Source of the DNA: Cyanophora paradoxa CCMP329
Lineage: Eukaryota; Plantae; Glaucophyta
Direction of reading: 5' to 3'
DNA length: 64,000 nt
Assembly (NCBI GenBank): GCA_004431415.1
Contig: QPMI01000457.1
Location: 1-64,000, forward strand
A program made the position numbers and the translations under genes. Below, in pieces: positions 1 to 12,400 of the stretch (within the stretch, counting starts at the first letter, position 1; the number at the start of each line of letters is the position of its first letter). The notes below the pieces were generated by a model. It had not been told where the DNA came from, did not search any database, and saw only the letters and a program-made list of their open reading frames with translations.

Positions 1-2968
1 TTGATCTTGGAGACCTTTTTGCTGTCGCCGGCCTTCTTCGCCTGCTTCTTGTTGTACCGCATCTTCTTCACGCGGTCCCGCAGCGTCGCGATCCGCTCCG
101 TCGCGTCCGCCGCGATCTGCGGCGCGGCGGGGCGGGGCTCAGCGGGGCCCCGCGCGCGGGCTCGAGCTCGCTCGCCTTCTCGAGGGTGTGCTGGATGGAC
201 TTCTTCGCCTCCGACTTCTCCGCCCGCGCCGCCTTGAGGCTCTGCCCCGGCCCCGGCTCTCACAGTCAGCCGCCGAGGACAGAGGACAGAGCGGGCGAGA
301 GGGAGGGGCGCGGGGCGCACGGCCTCGGTCTTGGCCAGCTTCTCCTTCAGCGACTTGATCTTATCCTTGTCGTCCGCGGACCTGCGCCGCCCCGTCTCAG
401 GCGCCGCCCTCCAGCGCTCGCCCGCCGCGGGGGGCCGCGCCTGGCGTCCTTGAGCTGCTTCCGGAGCTCCCTGGCCTCCTTCTTCGCAGCGCAGATCTTC
501 GCCTGCTCCGCCTGCACCGCCTTGGAGAGCTTGCACATCTTTTCCTTGTTCGCCTTGCGCAGCGCCTCGCGCGCCGCCTTTAGCTTGTCTGCGCACACGC
601 CTCAAATTCAATGACTTGATGCGACGAATTTGATCCGGATCGAATTCGAATTCGATCGGGGCGCACCGAGGAGTTCGCTGTTCTTCTCGAAGGTGCCGTT
701 CTCCTTGGCGAGCGCCGCCTCCTTGCGCAGCTCCTCGAGCTTGGCGGCCGCCGCCTTGGCCTTCTCGCGCGCCTCGGCCGCCGCGACCATCGCCCGCTCC
801 GCCGCCTCCTTCATCGCCTTGGTCACGTGGCCCGGGATCTTCTTTTCGGCCTCCTTGTGCTGCTCCCTCCGCTCCTGCTGCAGCTGCGCCGCCACGGACT
901 TCTTCTCCTCCACCTTCTCCTTCGTCGCGTCCAGCTTCTTATCGACCGCCGCCGCCGCCTGCGATCGAAAGCGCGCGCGCAGGGCCCGTCAGCGAGGGGC
1001 TTGCACGGTGACGTAGCGGGACCCCGACCTTCTCGACCTTGGCGAGCTTCTTCTCGAGCTCCTTGCGCTTCTCGTCGGGCATGTCCTTCTTCTCCGCGAG
1101 CTTGAGCTGGTGCTTGAGGAGCTTCTCCTTGTCGCGGAGCCGCTGCTTCTCCTGCTCGAGCTTGGCCGCCTCGCGCTGGGCCGCGGCCGCGTCCAGCCCG
1201 GCCGCCTTGACGTCCTTGGCCGTGATCTTGTCCCCCGTCCCGAGCTTGTCCGCGGGGCCGGCCGCCTTCTTCTCCTCCGCGACCTTCCTCGCCTCGGGGA
1301 CGGTGGCGCCCTTCTTGAGCTCGTCGGAGATCGCCTTGCTCTGCTCCGCCTTCGACTGCGCCTTCTCGATCTTCTTCTCGATCCGCTTCTCGTCGCGGAT
1401 GACCTCCTTCAGCTTCTCCCGCAGCGCCTTGAGCTCCTCCCTCGACGCCCCGTCCTTCTTCTCCTGCCGGGGGGGGCTCAGGCTGGGGCCGAGGGACGGG
1501 GCCGCCCGGCGGCCCCCCCGCACCTGGTTGATCTTGAGCTTGAGCTTCTGCTCCTCGAGGGCGAGCTTCTGCTGGGCCAGCACCAGCTTCGCCTGCTTCA
1601 CGTTCTCGTTCGCGCACTGCACCGCGCACACCTTCAGCGCCTGCGCCCCGGAACCGACCCGGACCCGCCCCGGTCAGCCGCCCACACCCCGCAGCAGGAG
1701 ATGGGGGGAGGGGTGGGAAGGTGGGGGGGGGGGGAAAGGGGGGTACGCTTGCCTTCTCGACCTGCTTCACAGCCTTCACGACCTTGGCCTTCTGCTTCTC
1801 GATCTTCTTCTCAAGCTTCTTGATTTCCTGGGGTACCGGGTTTCGGGCCGGGGGGGGGGGAGGGGGGGGAGGGGGCGGAGGGGTGAAGGAAGGGGGCGAG
1901 CCTTGGGCAGCTTCTTGTTTTCCTTCTGCTGGGGGCGTCGGCCGCCGCGGGGAAAGGAAACGAAAGGAAAGGAAAGGAAAGAGAGGGGGCACCTTGGCCC
2001 TCTCGACCCTCGCCTTGAGCTTCTCGAGGACCTGCGCGGGCGGCGGGGCTCGGCCCCGGCCGGCCAAAGGCGCCCGCGCCGCACGCCCAGCGCACCTTGT
2101 CTGCCGCCTTCTTCTCGGTCTTGCGTATGCGGGGTCCGACGGTCGGCGGGGCGGGCGAGGCGGACGGCAGAGGGGGGCGGGGCGGGCACCGGCTTGGTCC
2201 GGTCGCTCTCAGCTTTAGTCCGGTCGGTCTGAGCTTTGGTCCGGTCGGTCTGAGCTTGGCGGCATACGAGCTTCTTCTCGATCTGCTTCTTCTCCTTCCT
2301 GCACTCCCGCGAAGACTGCGCGGCCGGGGCGGGGGGCGCGCTCCGTGAGCCCGGCGGCGCTCGGGCGGGCGGGGCGAAGGCGCCCGCCCTCGGGGGGGCC
2401 AGAGGCGGCGCACCCGCTTCATGTCCCGAAGCTTCTCGCTCAGGCTGGCGATCTGCGCGGGGGCGAGTCCGGCGCCGTCAGCGCGGGCCCGGCGGGGCGG
2501 CGCGGGGCGCGGGGCGGCCCCGGGGCGGCCGGCGCGGCGTAGCGCGCGGGTACCTTCGCGTTCGCTGCCTTCAGGTCGCGCTCCAGTATGAGCTCCTTGT
2601 AGACCTGCGGGAGGCGCCCGGCGCAGTGGGCCCCGAGCGAGAGCAGCGCCGGCCGCGCCGCGCGGGCGCCGGGGAGGCAGGGCCCGGCACCTTCTTGACG
2701 GCCTCGCGCATCAAGAAGTCGTCCATCTTCATCGGCTTGACGTCCGTCGAGAACTGCGCGGTGCGGCGCAGGTCAGCGACTCGGCGCCGCGCGTGGTCTG
2801 CGGCCGCCTGATGTACAGAGCTGCGCTAACCTTGGTCTCGCTCGAGGAAGAGCCCGAGGACTTGCCCATAACGAAGCTATCGCTGGACGAGCTCTTGGCC
2901 TTGCTCTCTGACTTGGTCTCCGACTTCTCGGGCTTGCCCGAGAGCCATGACGGCGCTTCGTCTGACAT
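1..2968 (-). CDS. Lys/Glu/Ala-rich coiled-coil protein, multi-exon, runs off the left edge
   Basis: ATG at 2968 (MSDEAPSWLSGKPEK). Exons of K/E/A-rich heptad-like sequence (EIKKLEKKIEKQKAKVVK, ELKALREKLKEVIRDEKRIEKK) are separated by short GC-rich introns ending in CAG. Codon use is strongly AAG/GAG. Confidence 0.75.
2190..2258 (-). repeat. 21-nt tandem repeat encoding (K-L-R-P-T-G-P/L) x3
   Basis: ccggtcggtctgagctt-type unit recurs at a 21-nt period and translates as KLRPTGPKLRPTGLKLRATGP. Confidence 0.8.
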
Positions 2969-3243
2969 GGCTCTGCGTGCTACGCCCGCGCCGGACGGTT
3001 CGTGCCCCGGCGGCCGGTCGGTCGCTGCCTCGGCGCTGACGCGCTGATAGCCTACACGGCCGCCACGGATGCGGCGAACGAGGCCGCTCTACGAGCTCCC
3101 TAGGAGCAGAGAGGGGCCCGTGAACAGCGACCTACTGCCGGAGACCGGTTGATGAAGGTCTCTACGAGGCCGGTACCCCCCTTCCGTGTGTATCAGCGGC
3201 TGCTCCGAAGCACCTCGCCTCGTCTGCGCGTCTCTGTGCCGCG

Positions 3244-6200
3244 ATGGTTCGTGCCGCCGGTCTCCTTCCATCCGCGACGGCATTCTGCACTCGGTCGCCG
3301 AGGCCTGACGACGCGGCGCAGGGCAACGGCCAGACGCGGGATGTCGCCGTGCGGGAGGTCGGCAGGGTGCGTCTCATGTCCTCCATGGATCCGTCTAGGC
3401 CCACTCGGCCCTCCGGCTCGCCGGCGACGCTGGCCGGTGTTGACCAGGGCCGCCGCTTACCATGGCGCCGCGCGGCGCGCCCGGCAGGTGTTCAGCGATA
3501 ATGAGGCGCATCTGGACAGCGTTCGGTCCCAGCTGAAGGACGCCCTTGCGACGCTGCGGAACCTGAAGGACCAGGTGCCGCCGCCTCCCGCCCGCCCGCC
3601 CCGACACCGCCGGGCAACCCCCGGCGTGCCCCACCGCCCTCATAGATGCCAAATGCGCCGCCCTGGCGCGTCAAAGAGCCCCCAGCGTGTCCGGGGCCCG
3701 CCGGGCCGCCCGCCCGCCGCCGCACACGCCGGCGGCACGCTGACGGACGCCCGCGCCCGCCCCGCAGGTCGCAGCGGCGCGGAAGGAGGTGCGAAGCGCT
3801 GCGCCGGCGCGGTTGGCGGCGGCTGACCCGGGCGGGGGTGCAGCTGGAGGACGCCAAGTCGGGCAAGGCGGTGCCGGGCATGGCGGACATCCAGGCCAAG
3901 TGCGAGGCGCAGATGAAGGCCGCCCAGGCCCGGGTGCGCCCCGCCCCGCCCGGCCGCAGGCCCCAGCGCCGCGCCTGAGCCGCGCCCCACCCGCCCGCCC
4001 GCCCGCCCGCCCCGCAGCTCGCCGAGCTCGAGCAGCGCGCCGCCATCCTCAAGGCGCGCCCGCCCGCCCCGCCCCGCCCCGCCCCGCGCCCGGCGCCTCT
4101 GAGCGGGCGGGCGGGCGACGCAGAAAACGGTGGAGGTGCGGACGAAGGCGATGAAGCCGATCCGCGCCGGCCTCAAGCTCATGAACATGGAGAAGAACGC
4201 GATGCACAAGTGCGGCCGGCGCGGGCGGCGCTCGGGGCCGGGCGCCCGGCCTCCCGCGGGGCCCTGAGGCGGGCGGCAGGTCGCTGAAGGACGTGGTCAA
4301 GTTCCAGGACATGCTCCGCGACATGCTCAAGCAGTCCCAGGCCCGCCCCGCCCCCCCTCTAGGGCGCCCCGGGCTCACCTCGGGGCCGCCAGGTGGTGGA
4401 GTCGCGCCTCAAGGCGGCCCTCGAGATCAACGCCAAGCTCCGCGTCCGCCCCTGCGCCCGCCCGCCCCCCCCGCTCGGATCGGGTCCGATGTGAGCGCCG
4501 GGGGCGCACGCGCGCAGGCCGGGGGCCAGGTCCACGAGGAGAAGCTCAAGGAGGCGATGTCGAAGCTCGCGTCGGCGCAGGCCGCCCTCGACAAGGCCCG
4601 CGCCGAGGTCGAGAAGATGGACGTGCGTCTCCACCGAAGGGGCGGGCCCCGCCGTGCGCGCCTGACGCCCGCAGCAGAAGTCGTGCCTGGGGGACCTGCG
4701 CGAGCTCCAGGGGCGCAAGCTCGCCGACGCCAGCGACAAGTTCAAGAGCGCCAAGTTCAACGTGCGCTGTACCCCCCGCCCGCCCGCTCCTCCGCCGCGC
4801 TCCGCGCCTCTGTGGTCTGATGCGCGGGGCCGGGCAGCTGAGCGCGCACCTGGAGTACGTGAAGGCGCTGCAGGAGGAGCGCGAGCGCATCAAGACGCAG
4901 CTCAAGGCCCTCAAGGCCAAGGTAAATCTTAGAGATACCAGGCCGCCTCGGACGGGACGGAATGGAGCTGACGGGACCGGCAGGTGGACAAGTACAACGC
5001 GGAGCAGCGGAAGCTGCACAAGATCCTCGTCGCGAAGGAGAAGGCCGCTAAGGAGTTCGCCAAGCTCAAGGAGTCCCGCCTCAAGGCCACCTTCAAGAAG
5101 GTCCCTCTCTCCCCGATCTTCGTCTCTGCGGGATTTGATCCCGGGGTCGAACGCGCGCGCAGCTGATGTCGAAGTACAAGGCCGAGAAGGGCGTCTCGCT
5201 GAAGAAGATGAAGGAGCTGGCGCGCAAGGCCGCCCTCGCCACCGAGGAGAAGGACGAGACCGAGCGCAAGCTCAAGCTCAAGACCAAGTTCATCAAGGTG
5301 CGGCCGCCCCACCCCCCCGCCCACTCCGTCGTCGCCCGGCTGACGGCGGCGGCGGCGGCGGCGCGGCAGCTGGCGACGGGCGGCTCGGACGACGACTTCG
5401 AGGAGGAAGGGGACGACTCCAAGGGCAAGTCCAAGGGCAAGGGCAAGGCCGACAAGGCCGGCAAGGACAAGCTGGGGACCTCCAAGGTCAAGACGGCGGT
5501 CTCGCCCAAGTCGCTGGAGCTGCTCAAGCGCGCCCTCCAGAAGGCCGTCGCCAACAAGCTCGTGAGCGAGAAGACGGGCAAGCTCCTCAAGGCGATGTAC
5601 AACAAGATGGCGGCCAAGGGCGCCGTCGGCGGGCGTTCGCTGGCCCTCTTCAAGCAGGCCCTCTCCAAGGCCGTCGACGCGCACCTCTACCGCGACGAGA
5701 CCGCCAGCGACATCGCCAACGTGCGCGCGTCGCGCCGCGCCCCCTCCTCCCCCCTCAACTCACCGGCCGCGTGGCCGCAGACGCTGAACCGCATCGAGTC
5801 GCGCATCAAGGCCAAGGCCGCGGCGCCCGCCAAGGTGCGCGCGCGCGCGCGGAGGGGCCGGCCGGCCGCCGGGCCGCGCGAGAGCTGACGGCGCGGGCGC
5901 TCGCAGCACGTGGACGACGCGACGCAGAAGGCGGCGCTGGCGGACGCCGATGACGGGCACGGCCACGCGCCCTTCGCCGCCGCCGCCGCCGCGCGCCTCG
6001 ACGACGACGTGCGCCCCGCCCGCCCGGCGCCGCCCGCCCCGCCCGGCGCCGCCCCGGCCGAGGCGCGCGCTGCAGGTGAACGCTGTGGCGGACGAGGACG
6101 GCAGCGGCGAGGCCGAGGGCGAGGGCGAGGGCGAGGGTGAGGGCGGTGACTCGAAGGAGGACGCCGCCGACGCCGCCGAGACCGAGGACACCGCGCGCGT

Positions 6201-6856
6201 GCGCCTCGTACCCCCGCCCCCTCCTTCCCCCCCCCTCCCCGGGCTCAGGTGAGGGGCGCAGGCCTTCGGGGGCATCGAGGCGCTGGAGGGCCACGTGGAG
6301 GGGGCGCTGCAGGCCGTCGAGGGCCTCAAGGCCGCCGCCGCCGCCCTCGGGCCGGCCCTCATGGCGCGTCCCCGCCCCCGCCCCCGCCCGCCCGCTCGCC
6401 TCTGACGACGTCGCCGCCGCGCAGGCGCGCTACGGGCACGGCGTCGCCGCCGCGAAGCACGTCGAGGACGACGGGCAGATCCTCCTCGCCGAGGCCAAGC
6501 CCGGCCCCGCCCCCTCCGCCCCCGCTGCCGCGAAGCCCCCCGCGGGGAAGCCGGCGGCCCCCGCGCCGGCGCCGGCGGCGACGTCGAAGGACCCGGACGT
6601 GGGCCCCGACGAGGAGGTCGTGGAGGAGCGGCTCGACGCCGACGCGCCGGCCGTCGAGGAGCGCGCCTACACCGCCTACAGCGCCGCCGCTGATGCCGAG
6701 CACTTCGGCGGGGAGGGCGACGCGGCGGACGCCGACGGGCACCTCCTCGACGCCGACGCCTCGGGCATGGGCCTGCACCCCGCCGACGACGCCCTCGTCG
6801 GCCACGGCGCCGCCGGCGCCGGCGCCGAGGCCGTCTGCGGCTGCCCCTTCTGCTGA
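3244..6856 (+). CDS. Long coiled-coil protein with predicted N-myristoylation (MGNGQT) and acidic C-terminus ending CGCPFC
   Basis: ATG 3244, GT..CAG intron 3247-3321, then GNGQTRDVAVRE. Many K/E/A-rich exons follow (EEKLKEAMSKLASAQAALDKARAEVEKM). The last exon is D/E/H/A-rich and ends AVCGCPFC-TGA at 6856. Confidence 0.75.
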
Positions 6857-7071
6857 GCGCGCCCCGGCCCCGGCCCCGGCCCCGCGGCCCCGCGCCGCAT
6901 GTGTACACCGTTCCGCGCCCTGTGCTAGTGCGCCCCGCACAGTCGCGTGTCGCTAGTCCTTTTGAAATGTATGCTATCGAACTATTGGTCTACACGAAGG
7001 CGTAGCCGCAGTGGACGCGCAGGCGCCTCCTCTTCTCCGCCTCCGAGCCCCCCGCCTGCATGCGTCCAGCA

Positions 7072-8428
7072 TCAGAAACACTTGCGGAGGAGGGCGGGGC
7101 GGGCGGGGCCGGGGCGGACGGGGAGGGCGTAGTGGGCGAGGAGGGCGTCCAGCTGCGGGCCCGTGAGCCGCTCGAAGTCCCCCCGGCTCCTCACCGCCAC
7201 CGGCGGCGCCTCCCCCTGGCCCGCCCTCAGCACTGGCGGGGCGGGCCGGTGGGGAGGGTGGGGGGGAGGGGCACGGCGGCGTTGGAGACGGGGAGGAGCG
7301 GGGCCGCCGAGCCGTCCTGGCAGTCCTTGTTGTAGCCCCGCTGCAGCAGCCACCGCAGGCCCGCAACCTGTACCCCCCCCGGATCACTCTCCAGAAGGGA
7401 AAGGGGGGCGCGGCGGGGGCGCGGGGCGGACCTCGCCGCGGAGGGCGGCGGCGGTCTGGTGGAGCTCGGCGCGCACGTACTGCACGTGCCGCTCCACCGC
7501 CGCCTCCGCCGCCCGCGCCAGCGCCCCCGCCTCCGCCTGCCCGCCGCCGAGCCCGCCGGCGCGGCCGGCGCCGCGGCCGCGTGCGGCTGCGCGTCGCGGG
7601 GCGCTGGGGCGGGGCGGGTTGGCTGCTGTGGCTGCTGCGGCTGCGGCTGCTGGGCCGCGGGGCGGGCGGCCTCGTGCTGGCGGGCGCGCGCGCTCTCCGC
7701 GGCCATCGCCTCCGCCTGCTCGGCCACGAGGGAGAGCCACATGCGCACGAAGTGCTCCGGCTGCGCCCCGCGGAACGAGAGCTGCGGCGCCGGCGCCCGC
7801 GGATGAAGACCACCACGGTCGGCACCGACGAGACCTGCCGCCGGTGCCGCCGGCTCAGGCGCCGCTCGGGCGGCGCTCGGGCGCCGCGCGCGCGCGCGCG
7901 GGGCTAGCGGGGCGGGCGCACGTCGAGCTCGAGCTCCTGCAGGGCCCCGGCGAGCTGGGAATTGTCGATGTTGAGCTTGGCGAGCCGGATGGGCGCCCCA
8001 GCGTGCGCCGTGACGTGCTTCTCGAGCAGCGGCGTCAGGCGCTTGCACGGCCCGCACCAGTCCGCGTAGACGTCCACGGCGACGGGGAAGGAGTGCGAGT
8101 CGCGCAACACCGCCGCGTCCAACTCGCGAACGCTCCGCACTTCCACCACATGGCCGCCGCTCGGCGGCTGCGCCGGCGTCGCGGAAAGAGCGCGTGTGTG
8201 CTGGCGCGCGCAGGCAGGCCGGAGGGAGCCACTGCCGGCGAAGGCCTTGGTCGGCAGAGAATGAGAGAGCTCAGCGGCCGGCGCAGCGCCCTGCTGGAGC
8301 TGGAGCGAGCGGCTGGCAGAGGCCGGCCGGGGCAGCGCCGGCCCCGAAGCATGTTGCAGCTGAACGAGCGAACTCACCGCCTTTCGCGGGGCCACGCGCG
8401 AGACCAGCCAAGAACCTCGGCGGATCAT
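7072..8428 (-). CDS. Thioredoxin-domain protein (YbbN/CnoX-like Trx) with organellar presequence and Mug135/DUF1773-like C-terminus
   Basis: Contains VAVDVYADWCGPCKRLTPLLEK, LAKLNID and VSSVPTVVVF. The N-terminus is R/S-rich with few acidic residues. The C-terminus is RGDFERLTGPQLDALLAHYALP. Confidence 0.8.
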
Positions 8429-8556
8429 CAGGCCGCGTGCGTGTGTACCCAGCCACTCCCAACTCTGTAACCCCCCTTCACGCCTCCAGCTCTCTCCGCC
8501 GCCAGGCCACCAGCGCCCCCACAGCCAGCGGCGTTTCGACCGAGTACTTCAGCTTA

Positions 8557-9156
8557 ATGAGCAGTGAGCCCTTTTCCGCCGCGGGAGCGCTGCAAGTCGC
8601 GTTCAAACCGCTCACATCCGCGCTCGCTCATCGCAGTTGAAAACCTTAAGAAGGTTGATCCTTTCGCGGAGGCAACTGATGATTCTGGCGTAAAGACCAA
8701 CAACCCGGTGCACATCCGCATCCAGCAGGTTCGGCTCACCCATTCGCACCCGAGTACTCAGCCCACTGACTCGCGACCATCGCATTCGCGGCTTCCGTAG
8801 CGTGCTGGTAAGAAGAGCATCACCACAGTGCAGGGTCTTCCCGAGGAGCTTGACTTCAAGCTCGTCCTGAAGGCCTTCAAGAAGGTGCGATTGCTCGGCG
8901 TCCTCGGACGGCGATCGTCACTCACCACCATCTTTCGCGTCACCTTCTGCAGCAATTTAACTGCAACGGGACGGTCGTGGAGGACGAGGAGTTGGGAGAG
9001 GTACTTCAGCTCTCTGGAGACCAGCGCGAGAACATTGCCCGGTTCCTGATCGACGAGGAGATTTGCGAGAAGGCCAACATCAAGGTGCGATCAGACATTG
9101 AAGCGCGACACGTCCTCTCGCCGCTCACGACCCGTTCGCAGGTCCACGGCTTCTAA
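8557..9156 (+). CDS. EIF1: Translation initiation factor eIF1 (SUI1), 5 exons
   Basis: Spliced product MSIENLKKVDPFAEATDD..VHIRIQQ|RAGKKSITTVQGL..KAFKK|QFNCNGTVVEDEELGEVLQLSGDQRENIARFL..IK|VHGF-stop, a canonical SUI1 sequence. Confidence 0.97.
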
Positions 9157-9458
9157 GCGGGGACTCAGTCCTCGGTGGGCGATCTGCGACCTAGATCGCT
9201 AGAGCGAGCGAGTAGTTAGCGAGCGAGCAACTGTCTTCACCTTAGTTTCCTTTTTCAAGGCGCAGGCTTGCGCAGGTGTCTATGTGTGTTCTGCGCCGCC
9301 AGGAATGGCGCCGCAGGCACTCAGCAGCAGTCTCTTTCTCCGCTTTTCTCCATGTACAGGCTCCGGTCTAGTTAATTTCAGATTTCGCCCAGAAAAGCCG
9401 TCGTTCCACACGCGGGATGGGGTGGGCGGGGCGCGGGCCGGGTCTCGGCCTGCCGGCG

Positions 9459-12400
9459 CTAGGAAGCGGCCTGCTGGAGGGCTGAGAGGCGGGAGGACGG
9501 ATCGGCGAGCAGCGCGGCGGGCGTCCCCAGCTCCGCGATCCGACCGCCGTCCAGCACCTGCGGTCGACAAGAGTCGGTACGGTTCCGACTTCGAATTTGA
9601 TCTCAACAAAGAGAGACGGGGCCGGTCCGGCGCACGAGGAGTCGGTCGCAGGCGAGGACGGCGCCGAGGCGGTGGGCGACGACCAGGCAGGTGGTGCCGG
9701 CGAGGGCCGGCGAGCCCAGGACGGCCGTCACCCGCGCCTCCGTCCCCGCGTCCACGTTCGCCGTCGCCTCGTCCAGCACCAGCACCCGCGGCTGCGCGCG
9801 GCGCCGGCGCTCACGAGGGGGCGCGCGGGGCGGGCCGGGGCGGGGGGCGGGGCGCCTCGCCTTGCGGAGGAGGGCGCGGGCGAGGCAGACGAGCTGCCGC
9901 TCGCCAACGGAGAGGTTCGAGCCGGCCTCGGCGACCTCGCTCTGCGGGGAGACGGAGGCGAGCCCGACGGCGGCCAGCGCCCCCCGCAGGGCCGCCTCCC
10001 CGTGCAGGCCCCCCGGGTCCAGGTTCTCCCCCACCGTCCCGCTCCACAGGAAGGGCTCTGCAGGCCGTGAGGGGCCGGGCGGGAGAGGCCGCGCAGGGGT
10101 ACGGGCGCGCGCCCTGGGGCAGGATGGCGAGGGCGGAGCGCAGGGCGGGGAGGGGTACGGCGGCGACGTCCAGCCCGTCCACCGCCACGCGGCCGGCTGC
10201 GGGGGGTACCGCCCGCAGGAGGGACGCCGCGAGGGTCGACTTGCCGGCCCCTGCGGGGGTACGGGTACCGGTCAGATTGGAAGAGAGGGGGTACGGGGTT
10301 CGCGCGCCGGTGCGGCCGACGACGCCGAGGCGCTCGCCCGGGCGGACGGCGAGCGAGAAGTCGCGGAGGGCCGGCGCGGGTGTACCCCGGTACTGCACGG
10401 CGAGGCCCTCGAAGGAGAGGGCCCCCTTGAGAGGCCACCCGGGGGGCGGGGGGGCCGCCCCCGCGGGGATACCCTCCTCGGGGGCCACGTCGCTGTACGC
10501 CAGCACGCGCTCGACCGAGACCTGGAGGGGGAGAGTGAGGCGCCGGGGGGTACGGGCCGCGCGGCGGGGTAGGCGCCATCTCCTTCTCGAGCTGGGTGAA
10601 GGACGTCACGAGGCCCGAGAGGAGGCCCGTCACCCTGCGCGGGGGCGTCAGGGGGTACAAGCTTTACACATAGAGGGGCGCGGACGGGAGGGCGTAGGCG
10701 AGGGCGAGGCCGACGAGGGCGGGGTGCTTGCCGGCCGGGGAGAGCTGGTGCTCGAGGACGGCGCTGAAGGCGACGGCTGCGGCGACGGCCACGCCCAGGC
10801 ACTGCAGCCGGAACCCGAGCCAGGCGCCCACCGCCTGCCCCGCGAAGTTCGCCCGCTGGTGCGTCTGCATCGAGCTCAGACTCGGCTCAGACTGAGACTT
10901 GGACTCGGGCTCAGGCGAGGCGCGCCTCGAGCAGGGCCTCGTTCTCGCGGCGGAAGCGGCCGGCGGCGCCGAAGGCCCGCACCGTCCACGCCCCGCTCAG
11001 CGTCTCTGCCCGGCCCCGCCCCGGGCTCAGAGGGCGGACGGCGAGCGGGGAGGAAGCTGTGGAAAACGGCGTACCCGAGAGGTGGGCGTAGATGGGGGAG
11101 CGGGTGAGCCCCTCGAGGCGCCGCACCTCCCGCGACGAGCGCCGGTACCGCCTCTGCGATCAAATTCGAGATCAAATCCTAGAGAGAGGAGAAAGGAGGG
11201 GGGATCAGCGGGCCTGGATGAGGTAGTAGGCGGCTGCGAGGGGCAGGAGCGCCGTCGCGAAGAGGGGCGTCGCCACGCAGAGCACCGAGAGCGTCCCCGC
11301 CAGGCTGCGGGGGGTAAGCAGAAGAGAGGGGGGTACGGTACGCCTAGTAGGGCGGGGGGTCGGGGGCGGGCGGGCCTCCAGAGGTTCGCGATGAAGATGT
11401 TGGCGATGAAGGGCAGCGAGTCGTCCACCACCGCCTCGTCCGCGCTGCGGGCCGCAGAGACGTAGCCTGCGGGTGAGCGGGGGAGGGAGGGAAGAGGGCA
11501 GGGGCAGGGGGGCGCCTGAAGCGGTTGACGATGCGGCCGACGGGGTTCGCCTCGAAGAACGCTGGGCGGGGGATCGGCTCAGGGGGGTACAGGAGGGCAA
11601 GCGGAGGGGGGCGGGCACCGAAGGGGGCGGCGAAGACGCGGCGGAGGAGCGTCTCGTGGACGACGCGCGCCGCCCGCATGCCCCCCACCGCGAACGAGTA
11701 CGCACGCGCCTGCCCCCGAGGAGGGTCAAGGGGAGAGGGCGGGGCGGAGGGCCGGGGAGAAAGGGCGGGAGAAGGGGCGGGCCAGGGTGACGAGGGAGTT
11801 GAGGCCCGCGAGGCCCGCGAAGACGCTCAGGTAGTACCTGAGGGGGGGGGGGGAGTTGGGTCAGACTGCGCGGGGCGGGGGGCTGAGGGGCTGGTGGGGT
11901 GGGGACCGGTCGGCGGCGGGGGAGCCGTCGGTGCGGGCGACCCAGTAGGCGAGCCACGCGTCCGTCCCGTTCCGCGACCCCTGCGCCCCTTCAGCAAAGC
12001 AGAGATAGAGCAAAGCAAAGCGAAGGGGGGCGCCTGCATGGCGGTCATGGAGAGGGCGACGAGAGCCGCCACGGGGAGGCCCACTGCCCGCAGGTAGCGG
12101 GCGTACGACGACGCCGCGAGCGCCCCCCGCCTGGGGGGAGGGTGGGTGGGTGGAGAGGGAGGGGGAGGGAGGGGACGGGGGACGGGGGAGGGGCGCACCG
12201 GCGCTCCTCGTCCTCTGTGAGGGCCCCCGCGGCGCCGGCGTCGGCCAGGGGATTCTTTGGCGATGCTGCATTCTCCGCCTCCTCCTGGATGGGGGGCGGG
12301 GAGGCCGGGGGCGACGAGCTCGAGCCGCCCGAGCGCGCGTCGAAGAACTCATCTTCCTCCCCCTCCCCGCTTCCGTCCTCGCTCCCGTACCCCTGCGAGG

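Noticed and set aside
8040-8075. Possible selenocysteine in the thioredoxin active site
   Set aside because: The motif is plain WCGPC with TGC codons and no in-frame TGA.
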